A DNA stretch of 64,000 nucleotides from Octopus sinensis (lineage: Eukaryota): NCBI RefSeq assembly GCF_006345805.1, contig NC_043002.1:71920001-71984000 (forward strand). Direction: 5' to 3'. This document shows, piece after piece, positions 25,364 to 38,422 of this stretch. The position numbers were made by a program, and so were the translations under genes. Position 1 is the first letter of the stretch. Each line of letters starts with the position of its first letter. The notes beneath the pieces are model-generated. The model did not search any database and had not been told where the DNA came from. It was given only the letters and a program-made list of their open reading frames with translations.

Positions 25364-26446
25364 GGTGGGTTGTGTGTAAGCAGTAATGCAGTAATATACC
25401 ACAGTGCTTTCTTCGTCGTTTCTATCAAAGTTGTCGAGGATATTGATCTTGTTTGTTTCACTATCCCTAAATAATTGATTATATCATATATCGTTATGCA
25501 AAAGAGTCATCAATACCCGCTATTACTTCTATTACAGACATCGTGTATGATTCCTTCATGTGTAACGATATCACTATATTTCGGCATTTTCTATGACCAT
25601 TCATCCTCGATCTAAATTGCACTGTTAATTCAACTCTTCAATTGAACTGTTTTAAATGGATTATGATCAGCAAGATTGATTTCACAATGTTTTATTGCAC
25701 TGTTTGCATGTGAAAACTCGCTGAAAAATATTCGCGATTTTCTACATTATGCAAGGATCTTACATTTATTGATATCAAAGAACATAAATATATTGAAAAC
25801 AAAATATATTTGATTGCGCATGCGAGAGCAACAAACAAACATTCGTCAGTAATATGGGAAATTGCCAATGAAGTGACTGGCAATGAAAGCATGAATTATT
25901 TGAAAACGAAAGCCACAAATTCGAGTAGAAAAGAGAAATGAAGAGTTTCGTTCCAGAACCTTCTCAGTAATTCACAGCAGTTTATGAGAGACGCATAGAA
26001 ACTGCTATTAAATATGAAATTAATATTAAATTCGATGGTCCCATATTAAACTTGCTGACGTAATGCAATGGATCAAAAACAAGCAGGCAGGTAGCAGGGC
26101 TTCTTCAATTTTGAAATGTAGTTGTAGTATTCCAGCAGAGCCCAATGGGGACATGGTCAGAAGATTGCATTCGCACACTCTTCTAAGAAAGAAAGCAACT
26201 TTAGACATACCTGGAAATTCCGTTGTTAAATATTGCAGAAAGATTACGGGAAACATGGACGCAGTTATGGTTCTATGATTAAGTTTGCTTCGCAATTATG
26301 TGGTTTCGCGCTCAATCCCAACGCATAGCACTAAAGAGAGATTTCTCTATTCTGAGTTGATCAATGCGTTATGAGGTAATTTGGGATTCGAAATTATGTT
26401 GAAGCCTCTCTGTGTGTATGTGTGTGTGTTAGTGTGTGTATGTGTA

Positions 26447-26496
<50 letters not shown>

Positions 26497-26530
26497 CATG
26501 TGTGTGTATTCTTTTAGTCTTGTATGTATT

Positions 26531-26729
26531 CTTTTACTTGCTTCGGTTATTTGACTGCGACCATGCTGGGGCACCGTCTTTAGCCGAACAAATCGACCCC
26601 AGGGCTTATGCTTTGTAAGTCTGATACTTATTTTATCGGTCTCTTTTCCCGAACTGCTAGATTACTTGGACGTAAACACACCAGCATCTGTTGTGAAGCG
26701 ATGGTTGGGAGACAAGCACAGACACACAA

Positions 26730-26760
<31 letters not shown>

Positions 26761-26781
26761 TACACAAACACACACACACAC

Positions 26782-26825
<44 letters not shown>

Positions 26826-26965
26826 ACGGGCTTCTTTAAGTTTCCGTCTATCAAATCCACTCACAACGCTTTGGTCGGTCCGAGGCTAAAGTAGAAGACA
26901 CTTGCCCAAGTTGCAATGCAGTGGAACTGCATTTGAAAACATGTGGTTGGGAAGAAAACTTCTAA
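26531..26965 (-). mobile_element. SINE family C copy with internal (TG)n
   Basis: TTTTACTTGCTTCGGTTATTTGACTGCGACCATGCTGG...GAAGACACTTGCCCAAG...GGTTGGGAAGAAAACTTCTAACCA. Confidence 0.85.
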
Positions 26966-27270
26966 CCATATTGAAGGCCCACAGCTCTTCAATATCCTCC
27001 CGAAGAACCTGAGAGACCTGCATGGGGTGGATGCAGATGTCTTTAAAATAAAACTGGATCTTTTCCTGTCAGGTGTCCCAGATGAACCAACTTCCCGGCA
27101 GGAGGTGCAGATGAGGGAGCTGCATCGAACTCTCTCATGCACCAAATGGCAATTGCTAAAAAGCATTCGTGAAGTAAAATCATGTAGCAACACCAAATGG
27201 CGGTGCCCCAGCATGGCCACAGCTCGTGAGCTGAAACTAGATAAAATAAAATAAAAAATAAAATAAATAT
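26962..27270 (+). mobile_element. CR1-group LINE 3' fragment with (TAAAA)n tail
   Basis: GPQLFNILPKNLRDLHGVDADVFKIKLDLFLSGVPDEPT; 3' GGCGGTGCCCCAGCATGGCCACAGCTCGTGAGCTGAAAC. Confidence 0.85.
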
Positions 27271-28399
27271 ATATATATATATATATATATGCATACATAG
27301 AGAGAGATAGCGAGATATGTATATATGTATACATACATATATCTAGCCCACCAGTGCTGTGTTACTGACGTTATACGACCGACACTTCATCAACCTCAGT
27401 GCTTTTACCAGTTTCCATGGTATTGCTCGTTTGATTGCTGGGGTTAATAGCTGTAAAGAATTGCATTATCTCTTCCTTTGCATTTTTATACCTTACTTAA
27501 TAAAATGATTCTGTATATATTACACAAAGTTTAGACCGAACCAATTTCCAGTATCGTTACGCCTTTGTGTTACGATTCCATCTCCACTACTAAGACACGC
27601 ACTACTTGGACGCTCCAACTAATTATACATATAATCAAAATAGGCGCTTAATTTTCCCAGAAGGCTCAGAGCTGCAGCAGCCATCAGTATCTGGATATTA
27701 TTGCAAATGACACAGCTTGTGGTCTCTCGGTAAGCATGAAACATTCAGTTGCCAGGCTATGGGTGGTGTGTGTATGTACATATATAGGTGTGTCTGTGAG
27801 GGTGTAATATATTTGTGTAAGTATATGTATATACGATGCAGGTATGTGAATGTGTGTGTGTCTGAGTGCCAGTGTGTGTGTGTGTGTGTACGTACACACT
27901 AGCAAATGACGCTCACTACCAAATCATGCAATATATAGTGGAGGACTACAGAACCGTTACTGTATTATGACTACATAGGGTTTGGTTTATAATCAACCTT
28001 TTATTATGAAACTATTCTATAAGGAACCACGTCGACACCTTTTAGTCTTTATCGCTTTCCATACACAATAGATAGTTATTGAAAAGAGATCGACAATTGC
28101 TCAGGTTTCAATATAACAAAGTAAATTTTCTTTTGAATTACTGTCGATGAAATATGAAGTTTTAGAAGTCATATGCGAAATCAAAGACGTAAGCTAGAAT
28201 TCAGTTTGCTTCCTCTGAATTATTTATAACCTTTATCATATGAATAGTATATATGCTTCTCTTCTTCCGAGAAAATTCGGTCTTAGAATAATAAGTTGTC
28301 AAACAACTAGTTAATTTTTAATCAAATTCAGAGTGCTGCTGTCTTTCTAATAACATATTATCATCGTATGAATTAAAGGCATACTACACAGTATTACAA

Positions 28400-28810
28400 G
28401 ACGGCGGAAGTCGGAGAGGTGGCACTATAGTCACTGCGCAGGACAAAATGCTTAGCAACATTTCTTTTTACTCTTTGTGTTCTGAGTTCAAATCCTGCTA
28501 AGGTCAACTTTGCCTTTGATCCTTGTGAGATCGATGAAGTAATATACTATTCAAGTATTGCTGAGATGTAATCTAAATCACACACACACCCAAACACCCA
28601 AATTACTGGCCTTGTAACAAAACTAGTAAGAACGTATAAGAATGCAGCGATCTGACAAAGCCGTCAGCACCCTGGGCAAAATCCTTAGCGGAGCTTCGTC
28701 GGGCTCTTTACGTTCTGAGTTCAAATCCCAGTGACGTCAACGTTGCACTTCAAATCGGAAAGTACCAGTCACGTACTGAAATCCATGCAATCGACTTATC
28801 CGCTTTCTTC
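28400..28810 (+). mobile_element. Two old family B SINE copies in tandem
   Basis: AAAATGCTTAGC...GTTCTGAGTTCAAATCC...GTCAAC at ~28445-28520 and ~28678-28745. Confidence 0.7.
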
Positions 28811-29205
28811 AAATGACCAGCGTCTCTTTCAAGCGATATGTGATTTCAACCATTTATACACCATGGAGGCCAGGTAATTAGTGTACAAGAGTTCAAGAAA
28901 AAGAGAAAAAAAAAAACAAATAACATAGTATTATATATTCACCGAGACAAGAATGGCGTTGATTTCGCAAAGACTTATTTTTGTTTTAGGCTTTTATAAG
29001 GGCCGATGGCACGGCGGAAATATTGGAGTCCCATACGAAATACTTTGATACTATCATTTATTTTTTTATTTTAAATTCCCCACTTCCATATCGAATTGTT
29101 TTTCGTCCCTGAAAATCGAAAAGGAATATGAAAGGTTAATACGTGTACAATACTAAATGATGATACTCTCATGTATTTTCTGTCGCGTGCTTATGTGTCA
29201 AATTA

Positions 29206-29558
29206 GTGGGGACGCAATGGGTCAGTGGTTAGAGCAGCAGACTCGCAGTCATAGGATCGCGGTTTTGATTCCCACACCGGGCGTTGCGAATGTTTATTGA
29301 GCGAAAACACTTAAAGCTCCAGCGAACCCTGCTGTATTCTTTCACCACAAATTTCTCTCACTCTTTCTTCCTGTTTCTGTTGTACCTCTATTTCAAACGG
29401 CTACCCTTGCCACACTCTGTGATACGCTGAAACTCCCCGAGGACTGCGTTAAGGGTACAGGTGTCTGTGGAGTGCTCAGCCACATGCAAGTTAATTTCAC
29501 GAATAGGCTGTTCCGTTGAGTGGATCAACTGGAACCCTCGTCGTCGTAACGACGGAGT
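29206..29558 (+). mobile_element. tRNA-SINE head type D + tail X
   Basis: GTGGGGACGCAATGGGTCAGTGGTTAGAGCAGCAGACTCGC...GGTTTTGATTCCC head; tail ...GTGTCTGTGGAGTGCTCAGCCAC...GGAACCCTCGTCGTCGTAACGACGGAGT. Confidence 0.85.
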
Positions 29559-29815
29559 AGTAATCATATTGGTATCATATATTCCAACATACAAGTTGAC
29601 CTCGTCGTCGTCGTCGTAGTAGTAGTAGTAGTAGTAGTAGTAGTAAACACGAAGTGTAAAGCATTAAAACATCGTCTTTCCAAATCCTGCTGCATTTCAC
29701 GTGAAATTGTTGTTCCTCCAAAGATGTCGTGGTGCATAAATAGGCCTACCAATATTTAGCTGTAGATTTTTGGCCTGAAAACTTCCATTTATATGCCTGA
29801 AAATATAGTAGGTTA

Positions 29816-30234
29816 TTGGGTTGTCCGGAAAGTTCGTGTCGATTTATAGTAGTTTAACTTTCGACTTATTTTAGAACATGGTTGAGTCCATAAAACTGGA
29901 TTTGACTACACTTCCATTTAGAGCACAGTTAAAGCTATCTTTTCGTGAAAGAAGATTTATGTCCCTATAACCTGTGTTAATTCTGTAACCCTTTAAAATG
30001 GAAGCTAAGAAAGGTCATTTACGACACTTGATGCTTTGGGAACCAGACAAAAATTCCTGCAGCTCGGCTGGAATATGTTACTCCACCCTCCATATTCACC
30101 AGATATTGCTCCTTCGGATTTCCACTTATTCAGGTCTCCGCAGAATAGTCTTAATGGTAAAAGTTTCAATTCCTTGGATGACGTAAAAAGATACCTTGAT
30201 GAATTCTTTGCCATGAAACCACCTCAATTCTGGG
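29816..30234 (+). mobile_element. Second copy of the deleted mariner, 3' end replaced by a SINE
   Basis: Left TIR after TA (29814-15); same CTTTGGGA|ACCAGACAAAAA junction; HPPYSPDIAPSDFHLF; sequence switches to a family B SINE head at ~30233. Confidence 0.92.
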
Positions 30235-31070
30235 GTGAGGTGGCAGAATCGTTAGCACGCCGGGCGAAATGCTAAGGTCAACGTCACCTTTCAGTCCTTT
30301 GGAGTCAATAAAATAAAGTACCAGTCAAGTACTGGAGTCCGATGTAATCGACATGTTGCCTCCCCTTAAAACTTCTAGCCTTGGACTGCGAGATAGACAG
30401 GCATCCCCGTTCAGGAGCATTTTCGTGGTTTCGGTTACTTATATTACATAGAAAGTGGGTAAACAATTCTATGAGTCTTAGGGGCAGAAAATTACAAAAA
30501 TTCAGGAACAAAGCCAGCGAAATCTTGAGGGAGGGATTAAATGATACTATCGATCACATTATTTGATTAGTACTTTATTTCATCGACCCCGGTGGGATAA
30601 AAAGGCAAAGTTGTCCTGTGTGTAATTTGAACTCAGAGCCGCCAGAAATACTGAAAGACACGTTTTAAGAGATTGACCAATTCTGCCGACTGAGTACCTT
30701 CCGATTTTGGGTCCAAGACCAACAATTTTGAGGGAAAAGAGTAATTCGATACCATCTATCCCAATATTTGATTAATACTTTATATTATCGACCCCGAAAG
30801 ATGATGAAAGTCAAATATGACTTTCGCAGGAAAGGAACGTGAACCGCAAACAATTTCTTTCGATGCTCTATCGATTACAGCAATCTACCGCCTTAGAGAA
30901 ACTTGAAATAAAGTTTTCAAATTTTGTCACAAGGCTAGCGATTTTAGATCGATTTCAATGCGTAACTGGTACTTATATTATCGATCCCGAAAGGCAAATT
31001 CGGCCTCAGCGGAATTTGAACTTAATATGTATTGATGCCAAGCATTTTCTCCGGCCTGCTATCAAATGAC
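30233..31070. mobile_element. Cluster of family B SINE fragments (+ at 30233-30410; - at ~30560-30720, ~30720-30890, ~30930-31070)
   Basis: Repeated ATCGACCCC(G)...AAAGGCAAA...ATTTGAACTCAG and TGGCAGAATCGTTAGCACG motifs. Confidence 0.75.
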
Positions 31071-31122
31071 TATGATAATGAAAACCAGCAAACTGATAAT
31101 ATGAGCATCAACAGCAGCAACA

Positions 31123-31463
31123 GTGGAGGCGCAATGGCCCAATGGTTAGGGCAGCGGACTCGCGGTGGAGGATCGCGGTTTCGATTCCCAGACACCTAAA
31201 GCTCCACGAGGCTCCGGCAGGGGGTGATGGCGACCCCTGTTGTACTCTTTCGTTTCAACTTTCTCTCACTCTTTCTTCCTGTTTCTTGGCCCCGACTTCC
31301 TACGCAACCGCTGAGCCTGTATGCGCATTCATCCATCCGTCGATGCTCTCGGTGTCGGAGGTTGACCTGCATTCTCTTCTGCGGGTCTTACGAATAGCAA
31401 AGGACCACGTTTCGGGCTTCTCCCATCTTGCGAGCTCTGGGACGAAGACCGTTTGCTCAACAG
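31123..31463 (+). mobile_element. tRNA-SINE head type D + tail Z, in a (CAG/CAA) repeat with 14-bp duplication
   Basis: GTGGAGGCGCAATGGCCCAATGGTTAGGGCAGCGGACTCGCGG...GGTTTCGATTCCC; CAACAGCAGCAACA at 31109-31122 and 31464-31477. Confidence 0.85.
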
Positions 31464-31479
31464 CAACAGCAGCAACAAC

Positions 31480-31768
31480 TGAAAGTACCGGAAAAATGCC
31501 ACTAAGCATTTTGTGTTACTGATTCTGACAGCTCGCAGACTTTGAGACTCGAATTAATCCTTTCTGCTATAGGGACACGGTCTGAAATCGTTGGGGAAGG
31601 GACAAGTCGATTACATCGATCCCAGATTTACTGGTACTTAATTTATAGACCCCGAAAGGATGAAAGGCAAAGTCGACCTCGGCGGAATTTGAACTCAGAA
31701 CGTAGCGACAGGTGAAATAGCACTAAGCATTTTGTACAGCGCGTTAACGATCCTGCCAGCTCGCCGCC
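31480..31768 (-). mobile_element. Family B SINE (31558-31768) plus an extra head fragment (31480-31537)
   Basis: CCCCGAAAGGATGAAAGGCAAAGTCGACCTCGGCGGAATTTGAACTCAGAACGT...CCAGCTCGCCGCC. Confidence 0.85.
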
Positions 31769-32579
31769 TTTGAAACCTGAATTAATGCCGTACAATATGT
31801 CTCCATGAACACCGATTTCAAACTTTATACTCACCCTTTTCAAATCGAGAAAGCAAGTAACATTAGGACAAGAATTTGGCGGATACTGTCAGAGCTAAAA
31901 CATTTTTTTCATAAAAGTCATTATATAGAGAGAATATGACGTTACACAAAGCTCCGCTGATGGAGTGGCAAAGTGTAATGTCGTAAAAGATTCATTAATA
32001 TTACACTATCTTGTCTAAGCCTTGAAATGTTTTAGACATAAGTGAATCTATCAGAAACAAACAAGATGAATTTAATGGCTCAAAACTGTAACTACATCGC
32101 CAACATTATCTTGCGTACGGAGTGTGCTGCTTTACTCCATCACTGAATACAGGAGCTGACGTCTCCTCAAGCGGAGAAGCAGCACTGTAAGTGTTTTAGC
32201 CCCTTCCATTACAGCACCAAAGCTTCCCGAGACCGCCTACCGATATGGACGTCAAAACTCCAGTATGACAGAACGGACTTTGTTGCGACTGTGTCTGATG
32301 CTTCTATCGTTTACAAGACTCATTTTGAGCGGCCTCCGACTTTTTTCTGGCAACATCTTTTGTACCGTTCGCAGTTACTCCAAGAATCCTGAGCATAGCG
32401 TTAACTCTGATTCCAATACATCCTCCAACACTTCCTCTGAAGGCATATTACTTCCCCACCATTATATTTTCTCCAGCAAATGCTGACTACTGTCCAATAA
32501 CGGTGGATACATCAGCAAATATTAAAATTTATTTAGTCGATTGTACACGTTCACTGCAAATTTGATTTTTGCCTCTTCC

Positions 32580-33050
32580 CATTCTCACTTCAAAATCCTG
32601 CTGTAGTCAACTTTGTTTTTCATCATTGTGGGGGGTCGATGAAATACAGTACCAGTCATAAACTAAGTCGACATTCGACTACACATTCACTTCCAAGTGT
32701 TAGAACGTGTGTCTTTGTATTAAACCAATATATAATTTCATAAAAGTAGGATCTCGGGGAAAAACTTCGCTTAGGCCTTTCATTACAATAGTTACAAACA
32801 AGCACTAATAAAGTGCTTATAACTCAAAACCGGCGAGCTGGCAGAATCGTTAGCACGTTAGAGAAAATGCTTAGTAGTATTTCTTTCTGCTTTACGTTCT
32901 GAGTTCAACTTCGGCCTAGATCGATTATGCCTTCCTCCAACTTCGGTGTCGATTAAATAAGCACCTAAGATAGGTATCACTGGCGTTCATGTAGTCGACT
33001 AGCCCCTTTTTCCAAATTTTCAGGCTCTGTGGCTACAATTGAAAGGGACT
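32580..33050 (+). mobile_element. Two old family B SINE copies
   Basis: GGCGAGCTGGCAGAATCGTTAGCACG at ~32831; TTCAAAATCCTG...GTCAACTTTG at ~32590. Confidence 0.7.
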
Positions 33051-33445
33051 TAAAGTACTTAGGAGTCATTCGAAATAGTTTACTAGTAAAAACAATATTA
33101 CTAATACACTACCTTTTGGCGAGCTCAAAATACTTAATTAGCGTGCAGCTTATTGTGTGTGTAATGCTACAGTTTTAGAGAGCAATCCTAGATAACTATA
33201 TCAGCGATATACAAAAACAATAAAACGAAAATCTAATACAGCATTTCAACAATCGTTCGACTTTGCAGTGCATCCCTGCGAAGTCAATAAATAACAATAA
33301 AATATTTTATGTGCCAAATAAAGCCAATATATTTGCCACGCCAAATGAAACAATCTTTTATGGAATGTGATCCATGGAAAATTTTGGTCTTCAGTATAGT
33401 TATTCGAAAACCTTAGCTAATGAACTTCACTCAATCAATTTGTCT

Positions 33446-33446
<1 letters not shown>

Positions 33447-33538
<92 letters not shown>

Positions 33539-33540
33539 CA
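33447..33540. repeat. (CT)n(CTAT)n microsatellite
   Basis: Direct reading. Confidence 0.95.
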
Positions 33541-35399
33541 TTTTTCTGCCTTCACCATATTGATCAATTTGTCATAATCATCTGTTGTTTCGAGAAATTT
33601 CTTTCTTTAGCAATCAATTAAATCGGTTACGATTTATAACACTGAATTAATATTAAAAAATAGGGTAATTCAATTGGAATCATAGAACATTCATTCGCCG
33701 TGATTAGTGGTGTAGACGTTGAAAATTGTCTGGACGAAGCAGAAAAAAGTTGGGTTTTTTTTTAATTCGCGGATTTCACTCGATTTTTAAATCGTGTTAA
33801 TCCAAGCGAATATGTGATCATTATAACTATTTAGACCAAAAATACAGGTTTCTGTTCACGCTTACAGATATAAAATATGAGATTCAGCAAATATGTGTGT
33901 TCTTTGTCGGAGAGTAATATTTTCTTGAGGAATGGAGATCGCACTGCTACAGTTCCATTTTAGTCATAATCAATATCACTTCTTCTTTGATAAACATTAG
34001 GTTGGTGTTCGATTCAGCAAGGGAACTTACTATGTGGTCGACAGAAATATTAGTCAAATATCATTTAAATCGCACCGTACTGTTTTAAAGAAGTGGGGAT
34101 ACATCGGATAATATGATTCTCTGTATCCATGTCTGAAGACAGACAAGATTGTCACGAAGAGATCTCTTTTGATTATAGATCTGCTCGACCACGGCTAACC
34201 TAAGACATAATGAGATAAGCTGTCTTTGTTTTAGTTCCAACATACGATCGCAGACCAAATCATTTGCCTGACAAATACACTTCCGAAATATTTGCGCTGT
34301 GAAGTGAACTCATACGTCCACACGTGACTGTCAGTGGACTGGACGTGTCTTATAAACAGATGAACCTGTAGATAGTTGACGTCGAACTGTAAGAGCGTTA
34401 GTCTCGTTATTGATACTGTGTTGGAGTATTTGGATTGTTATTGCGCGAACAGTTATAATAAGATAACCAACTCTTGTTGCATTTCATATTGTCATGCGGT
34501 TGTATTTAGTACTGTGATATATTGTTACACACACATACACACACACCATACGTTGTCTGATCAATAACTATCAGGGTTGTTGCCATAATAACGAAGCTAA
34601 AACACGCAGTGTAAAACCGCTTGGCACAGATTGACCTTGAACTCTGTTATGCATGTGCACTGAGTTTTAGTGTTCTAACTCACTTCCACTGTTTATAGCC
34701 GTGCTTCAAAGGAATGTGTATAGCGTGTGATTGTCGCTTTGACCATATTTGCAAGATTACAATTGCTTAGTATTTGTCGTGGGAACGTTGAGGATGTCAG
34801 TGTAGGTTGAAATATATTTTGCATGTTAACGTGTTTTGCGACGTTACCGTTTGTTTTAGACGCCCGTGTTTCTCATGTGCTATTGTACCATAATAACTAT
34901 TGAGTGTCCTTTGTGGTATGACACAAGTTGATTAATGATTCTGTATATGTTATGAGGTATTCTCCAAGGGTTAGCATGTCATCTCATAACTAAGATGAAT
35001 TTGCAAGTTGAGGAGTATTATGCTAAACCTTCCCGCCTTGTTTGATAATGACATCAATGTAATATGCTATAACAATTTTTGCTTGCATAAAGTTGTTTTT
35101 AGACCATTAGTCTTATATTTTCTTCCAGTAATCTCTCAAAATAGCTATACCTCCCAAGGCCATTAAACTGGCAACAGTGACATTGGATAATATGAATGGG
35201 AAGAGAAATGAACGACGCTCTCGAGTCCCGCGAATTGTAATTGTAACAAAAATCCTTAGGCGATATGAGTGTAAGGTGGTTCTCCTTAATAACAGTAACA
35301 GGGCCTACCATAGCAAATTCTGTACTTTGGCAGCAAAAGGATGTACAGCAAAACTAATTTGCTTGCAAACATAAGGTTCTTGATTAACTGATACAGCTG

Positions 35400-36420
35400 C
35401 GCATCCAAGTGTGTAAGAGATATCAACAGGTTACGAATATTTAATCAACCTCTATTAAATTCAGAGTCGGCAAGAGGAAAGTGTAATGGCATACTCGCAA
35501 TATGAAGGTAGATCTGTACATCCGCAAGATGATGCTAGTATAAAATAGTCACCTAGTTTTCAAACCACTTCGAGTTTCGATGACTTGTATAGCCTCTATG
35601 CCAGAGAGAAGGACATATACAGGCCTGTAAAAAGAGTTTGATCCACCTTGAGTTAGATGATGCATCAACAGTTTTCAAGAAAAAAGGATAAATGATTCAC
35701 TATTTGCAGAGCACATACAGCAATTGCTTAATGTACTAAAGGGAGTAATTTACTTTCGAAAACGCGCCCTGATATAATAGTGATATATCAATGAATAATC
35801 CACAAAGTGTAGAGGGGTTCTTAATTGCAATCTGATCGCCAGCAGAAAGAAATACGCCAGGTCTCTATGAGATTCTAATACGAGAGATAAATGGAGAGGA
35901 CCAAATTTTTATATTTCTCCACTATTTTATTCGAGGTCTTTGTAAGAAATGGTGATTATATCCAACAGAAGTGAAAAAATGCTAGCATCGTTCCTATATT
36001 GAAAAACAGAACGCGATAGGAAAGCGTATAGGAGATATAGAGAGGTTGCTTTAATTGCAATAGTAAGGAGAGTATATTGCTCAAAAGACTAAATGAGAGA
36101 ATCACAATACACTTTCTGCCTGAAATTCAATACCTGTTCTTTAGAATGGGCTTTCCAACATCGGTATTTGAAACAGCAAACGTATTAGTCTTATGACAGC
36201 TATTCAGATGAGTCGATGTACAAGAAAGTCTATATGTATGACTGAATTTTTACACACTGGTATAAATCTCCAGTCAAGCAAACTAACTTCAAGCCACAAA
36301 ATTTGATGTTATAGAAAGAATGAGCAAGGCTGCATGCCAGTACCAACGTCATTCTTATTCTAATTCATGGCGATGCCCGAGGAGGCATTCAGAGCTCAAC
36401 TGAAAGTGCGCATATGCAGA
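35400..36420 (+). pseudogene. Ancient, heavily degraded RTE-clade LINE RT region
   Basis: Fragmentary motifs in the expected order: FAEHIQQLLN (~35704), TPGLYEI (~35855), KNASIVPILK (~35975), LLKRLNERI...FLPEIQ (~36078-36130). Confidence 0.6.
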
Positions 36421-36939
36421 CAATAACTGACACTAATCCTGTTAAGGTGTCGCACCTCAAAAGTAAGAATCGAGAACCAATACATATAACACAACATTCA
36501 AAAGCATTGCGTACTTATTACATAGAGTACGTTGCGTACAACACAATAGAAAACAAAGAGGAAAACACTGTATGCCTCCAAAGCATTCTGAGCTGGACTC
36601 GACTGAATTGTGAATACATAGAATGAAAATATGGCTTCTATGATCTAACTTGGGCACATTATTGCATATTTCGGCGGTGGACGTGGTTTATTATATCAGG
36701 CTCCTAGTAATTGATAGGTCCCTATTTTGTCTAATTTGCTGTGGTGGAGGGTTAAGTAAAGTCAGTCAAAATTTCAAATTAATCTCAAAGTACGTGATTG
36801 AATTCCTCAAGATTCTTCTATCTGTAGCTCTACCAATACTGCCATCAAAAACCATTGTATTAATATTTTCTGATATTGGCCGCGAATTGAAATTTTTAGC
36901 GAAATATTTCCTTAGTATATAGCCAGTATACATTGGTAT

Positions 36940-37155
36940 ATGTTGGTTTCAAATGTTGGCACAAGGCCAGAAATTTCTGGGGAGAGGTTTAGCCAATTAT
37001 ATCGACCCCAGTGCTCAATTGGTACTTATTTTATCGACCCCGAAAGGATGGAAGGCAAAGTCGACCTCGGCGGAATTTGAACTCAAAACGTTAAGATGGA
37101 TGAAATGCTAAGAGGCATTTTGTCTGGTGTGTTAACTATTCTGCTAGCTCGCCGC
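36940..37155 (-). mobile_element. Family B SINE
   Basis: TTGGCACAAGGCCAGAAATTT...CCCCGAAAGGATGGAAGGCAAAGTCGACCTCGGCGGAATTTGAACTC...GCTAGCTCGCCGC. Confidence 0.85.
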
Positions 37156-38422
37156 TTTAAATGGCTGGTATACATTCGCTTGATCCCAAAGGGATGGATA
37201 TAAGTCAGAATCGACTTAGATATTTTTCAAACTCAGAAATATACATACAAAACCCAATACTTCAGCTTATGCTCTTTGTATTTCTTTCTCTTTCTTTTTC
37301 TTTTTTTTTTTTTTAGATTTTCCTTTTTCGCAACAGTAACGATAAACAAATATATCGATTTGTGAGGTCAATGCAAAATAACAAAATTGTGGTGAAAGTT
37401 AAAACTGAGAAAATGATCTCTAGCATATGTTCTTATCGACCACAGAACAGTAGATATCAAACATTGACATCGGTAGCACTAGAACTCGTGAACACCACGC
37501 AGTTGCAACAAAATTAGTGCAAATGATTTTTATGCGACTTTCTCCAAACGATTTTGACATCCTAGCGTATTCATAGTGGCTATGAAATAAATGAGGGTGA
37601 TAATAATGAGAGTTTGTGTTATTTTTATGTCACATGTACTTTACACTGTAATTTACGTTCATGATATGATATTAAACAGCTGTGCACCATTACATTTAGA
37701 GTGAAAGGAAATAATTAAAATTTCTAAACAGCTATTTTATTTCCATAGAATTGTCCACAAGCTGTTTTCTGTCGTTTCAAAAAAAAAATTAGCGATCAAT
37801 TCTGAAGAGGTGTCCAATTTTCTTGAAAACTGACCTTTGACCTCACATTTTCAAATTTTGTCATTCATCAGTGCTATTAGCTTGTTATTAAATACTACAC
37901 ATCTTCTACATTTTTTTATTTTTTTTCTCCTTTTTCCATTTTAATATTATTATTTTTTCTTATTTATTGCACTTTTATTTTATCATCAACAGTCATTTCT
38001 CTTAATTTATAGAAGAAATACGTTCTATTTTTTTTATTATATTCGTTTATATATTATTTAAAAAAAAACATAACATTACAAACGTGGCTTAATAAATATG
38101 CAATATTCTTTGTATTATATCATGTCTGATTTGGGTAATATGTCAGCAAATTAATTGCCAATTAGGTTGACATATGTATACGGTTTTCTACTTGAGGAAG
38201 TACTCATTTTATTGCTTGGCATATGCAAATGTGTTCTCTCAACGTGAAGAAATCGGTTACTATAGAAACTGAGAGAACATAGTAGAAATATAATTTTTAA
38301 TCAGCGATGTATTTGCCCTAAAACCGAACGAGTTCTCCATCTTTCAAAAATATTTGTTTTAATATTTTAATAAAGATAAAACTTTTCTAAAATGATTATT
38401 AATGTACGATGATAGTGGAGAA

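Noticed and set aside
26211-26330. Minus-strand 120-nt segment bounded by TTTAG| and CAG|GTATGT
   Set aside because: All three frames contain stops, and the acceptor side overlaps a decayed SINE-head-like sequence.
32100-32490. GC-richer block, with NAMLRILGVT on the minus strand faintly RTE-like
   Set aside because: Only one weak motif; frames are broken and there are no convincing splice sites.
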